A stretch of DNA of 50,663 nt, the filler included, from Basidioascus undulatus (Eukaryota), in NCBI GenBank assembly GCA_000826855.1. It is 3 parts of 3 records of this genome, joined end to end, with 100 filler letters (N's around TTAATTAATTAA, not from the genome) between each part and the next. Parts side by side here need not be neighbours in the genome. Positions count along the whole stretch, not along the records: positions 33,862 to 50,663 come from JTLS01000564.1; 2 more parts are not named here. The stretch is one strand, 5' to 3'. Below are positions 47,670 to 50,663 of this stretch, piece after piece. Position 1 is the stretch's first letter. Every line of letters starts with the position of its first letter. A program made the position numbers and the translations under genes. Under the pieces are notes generated by a model. The model was not told the origin of the DNA. It did no database searches and saw only the letters and a program-made list of their open reading frames with translations.

Positions 47670-48104
47670 GGCGCTGCGAGGAGTGGGAGGATGCTTTCGC
47701 TTGTGCCACGGACATTTGCAGGCAAGTGCCGCGATATGTAGAATGTCTCTGACGAGTCTTTTCGTGCACAATTTTGATATGATAGTACTGTTGACGCTAC
47801 CTCATGCTTGCTCGCCTTAAACACGCAGACAATGAGAGGCCCGCGAAAAGCGTTGAGTTCAGATGTCAACGAGCGTCTCGAATCGGCTGGGCAGGGGCAA
47901 GCAAGTATCACAGCAGTGTCTCGAACATTTGAACAAGGGAAGCGAAGGGATTGCGAAGGATGAACCCGGAATTGCAACGGAAGAAGAAACGCGGGTGAAG
48001 TGCGAGTGCGGCGAGAACAAGAACGATGCAAGTGCGAAGAGCAGGAAGAGAAAGACATGTCAAGAAGACAGGGTGGAAGGGCAAAGAGGGAATGTAACGT
48101 TCCT

Positions 48105-50326
48105 TTACCGGATGCGACCCAGCGTGCCGATCGGGCCCTCGCCGTCGTCTCGCCGCTTGTCGTTCTTCGGCGCGGGCGGGAAGACGTTCCAGAACCTGGA
48201 TGGAGCCCGCAAAATTAGCACACGAAGATCAACTATGCAACGACGGCGAACACAGAACGCACCGAAGCGTCTCGTCCCCTGCGCCGGTGACGATGGTCTG
48301 GCCATCGGGGGACATGGCGAGGTAGAGGACGCGGTACGTGTGGCCGGTGAGCGTGGCGACCTGCGTCATGGTCGGGTACCGCCAGAGAGCGATCTGGTTC
48401 TGGATCTGGCTGCCGCTGTAGCCGTGCGTGGACACGAGCTCCGAGGTCGTCTTCGAGAACATGAGGTTGCAGACCTGTTCATTCCCGCCGAGCCACATCA
48501 CCACAAGTCAGTTTCCTTCCTCAGGAGAAAACCCGTCGGTGGTGCAGGAGCAGCAGCGACGCACCTGGCTGCCCGTGTCCCACTCGCCCGTGCTCTTCCC
48601 GTTGCCCTTGACGGTATCCCAGAAGCGGATCTTTCGGTCCGCGGTGCCGCCGCCGGACGCGAGGATGCCGCGGTGGTGCGGGTTCCACGCGAGGGCCTTG
48701 ACGGCCGCGGTATGCTCGCCGTAGCGCCAGAGCGGCTGGTCCGCACGCATGCTGTCCCAGATGAAGAGCTTGTTGTCGTTCCCGCCGCTCGCGAGCTGGT
48801 CCTCCTCGGCGTTCCACGCGAGTCCGCACACCTCCTGCCGGTGCGTCGACAGCCGCTTATTGTAGTGCGCGGGCTCGCGCACGTCCCGGTGCAGGATTGA
48901 CCGGTCGCGCGAGCCGGAGGTAAGGAGGTGCGACGACCACGCGAGCGCGCCCACGCGCGAGGCGTGCCCCGACATCGTCCGCAGATGCCGACATGCCGCA
49001 GCGTCCCATATCTGGACGGCACCGGACGAAGTGCCGATCGCGAGATGGTTGCCCTGTTGCGATCAATGCAGTGAGCGATCGGAGATGGCAAAAAGGCGGT
49101 GCCGGGCTCACCTTCTGTATCCATTGCAAACTCGTGACATGCTCCGGGTCGCCATCGACGCTGACCGAGCCTGGCAGCTCGGCGACGTTGCATAGTTGCG
49201 TGACCTTGCTCGTGTGCGCGGACCACAGGTAGACGGACGAGCCAAGACCAACGCCGAGGATGTTGGTGGACGACCAGTCGACGAGGTTGAGGTAGAAGTC
49301 GTCCTATCCAGCCACGCCGTCTCGTCAGCAACGGCTCAGGTCCGCCGCAGCGTCGCAAACAGACGCACCGCAAGATCCGGCGCATCAAGCACCTTGAATG
49401 GCACCTTCTGTATCTTCCGCACGCCTCTCCGCGGACTCTGCAGCATCCGTTGGCTCTCCCACCGCACCGGGCTGACCGAGTACTTGTCGTGCGCGGGGCT
49501 GTCGAGCCCCGCGCTGACTGCGGCCATGTGCGGGCTCGGTGGCGGCATGTAGGAGAACATCTTGTTAGGCCGCGTCCGCGGCGTCGTCGGGGTCTTGGGC
49601 GAGGCAGGGGCGGCAGCGCGGTGGCGGGACGAGGGGGATGAGGGAGGGATGGGGGCGGTAGAGGGGCCGAAGAGCTCGTTGGAGAGAAGAGTGGAGAAGG
49701 CGCGATTGGACTCCTCTGCCAGACTCATAACATTGTGAGCTTAGATGCCATGCCCTGGAGAACGCAAGGGACGCACCCTTCACCGCATCGACCTCCCCAC
49801 CAGCCGCCCCGACGAGACGTGGCTCGGGCGGCGGATCGCGCCCGGTTTGCCGGCGCTTCGTGCGCGGCGTGGAGGGGGATGAGGGCGAGGAGTGGAGGGA
49901 GTAGGACTGGGGTGTGAGGGTGGGTGTTCTCGAGGGGATGAATCTGCGGGGGAGGAGGCAGATCAGTGAGATGATTCGACGCGGCCCCTGCCCATCAACA
50001 ACAACCGCCCCATCCACTCCCGACCCGCCGTAGCAATCCCAACAGATGTCCATGCCCAAGCATGCTCCGCCAGAGCCCGAAGGACTATCCGACCCATCCC
50101 CCCGCTCGACGCGAGGCCGGCAGACGGCGCGGGTGATCGTAGAAACGCCCTCAACCTCGTGCCTTCCCCCAACGACCGCACGACGACAGAACGCGGTAAC
50201 GCACCGGTCGCCGTATTCCCTGTTGCGCTTCCTAGGGGTCGTCGGGCTCTCCCAACCAGCGCGTGCGGCGCCGGCGCTGGTGCCGATGCCTAGGTCACGC
50301 TCGCGGTCGTTGTCGCTGTTGCTCAT
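48105..50326 (-). CDS. CDH1: APC/C activator Cdh1/Fizzy-related WD40 protein
   Basis: C-box YGD|RFIPSR, multiple S/T-P sites, [85 protein letters not shown]-terminal IR tail. Confidence 0.93.
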
Positions 50327-50663
50327 CTCGTCTCGACCCAGGCCGGTGTTGGTGGAGCGCGGAGGCGGTGCTGATGGCAATGTCGTCGCTGGCTCGCAAG
50401 AACGCGTCGGCGGTGCCGCACACGATGGAATGGACTATGAGAATGGGAATCGCCGCCGGAGATGATGGTGGTGAGCGTGTAAATTATGAAAAGCAAGGCG
50501 TCGACGAGTTGACGAAGCAAGGCGGTAGCGGGCAACGCGCGGAGAGCGGGCGGCGCGCAGAGTGACCTGGTCCTCGGTCCTCATCTCGCCTGACATCTCG
50601 CCTGACGTGTTTCTGCCGTTATTTTGTTCGACGTCGGATCGCTGTCTCGACGAACACGCAAGT

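Noticed and set aside
50582..50605. 12-bp direct repeat CATCTCGCCTGA x2 upstream of CDH1
   Set aside because: Two copies only, no functional evidence
1..50663. tRNA/rRNA genes, CRISPR arrays, secondary-metabolite cluster or viral insert
   Set aside because: None seen; no PKS, NRPS or terpene synthase backbone gene, and the genes lie on three apparently unlinked segments

Overview
Intron-rich, GC-rich fungal genomic DNA, most likely a basidiomycete (short GT-AG introns with GTGCG/GTACG/GTCCG donors and CTGAC/CTAAC branch points). The window is not one locus. It is three segments (1-16839, 16940-33761, 33862-50663; 16,839/16,822/16,802 bp) joined by identical artificial 100-bp linkers (44 N + TTAATTAATTAA + 44 N). 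Segment 1: 5'-truncated P4-ATPase flippase, D-arabinitol-dehydrogenase-like SDR, secreted PR-1/CAP protein, PriB-like Zn2Cys6 transcription factor. Segment 2: 3' part of Hsp78, TSPO, Rieske/FAD AIF-like oxidoreductase, MDM34, EF-1beta with an intronic U18/snR18 snoRNA, then about 4 kb with no gene I can recognise. Segment 3: 3' end of a PDK/BCKDK kinase, a hypothetical gene, a decayed membrane-protein gene, DPP5-like S9 peptidase, PhyH dioxygenase, a small hydrophilic protein, an AAA+ ATPase and CDH1. I found no convincing novel multi-gene system. The best signals are in RNA and splicing: a perfect 28-bp palindrome centred exactly on a TSPO 3' splice site, 2-nt and 3-nt micro-exons needed to complete conserved motifs, and the EF-1beta/U18 host arrangement with a flanking hairpin. 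Gene models were spliced by eye and family calls are from motif recognition, not database searches.
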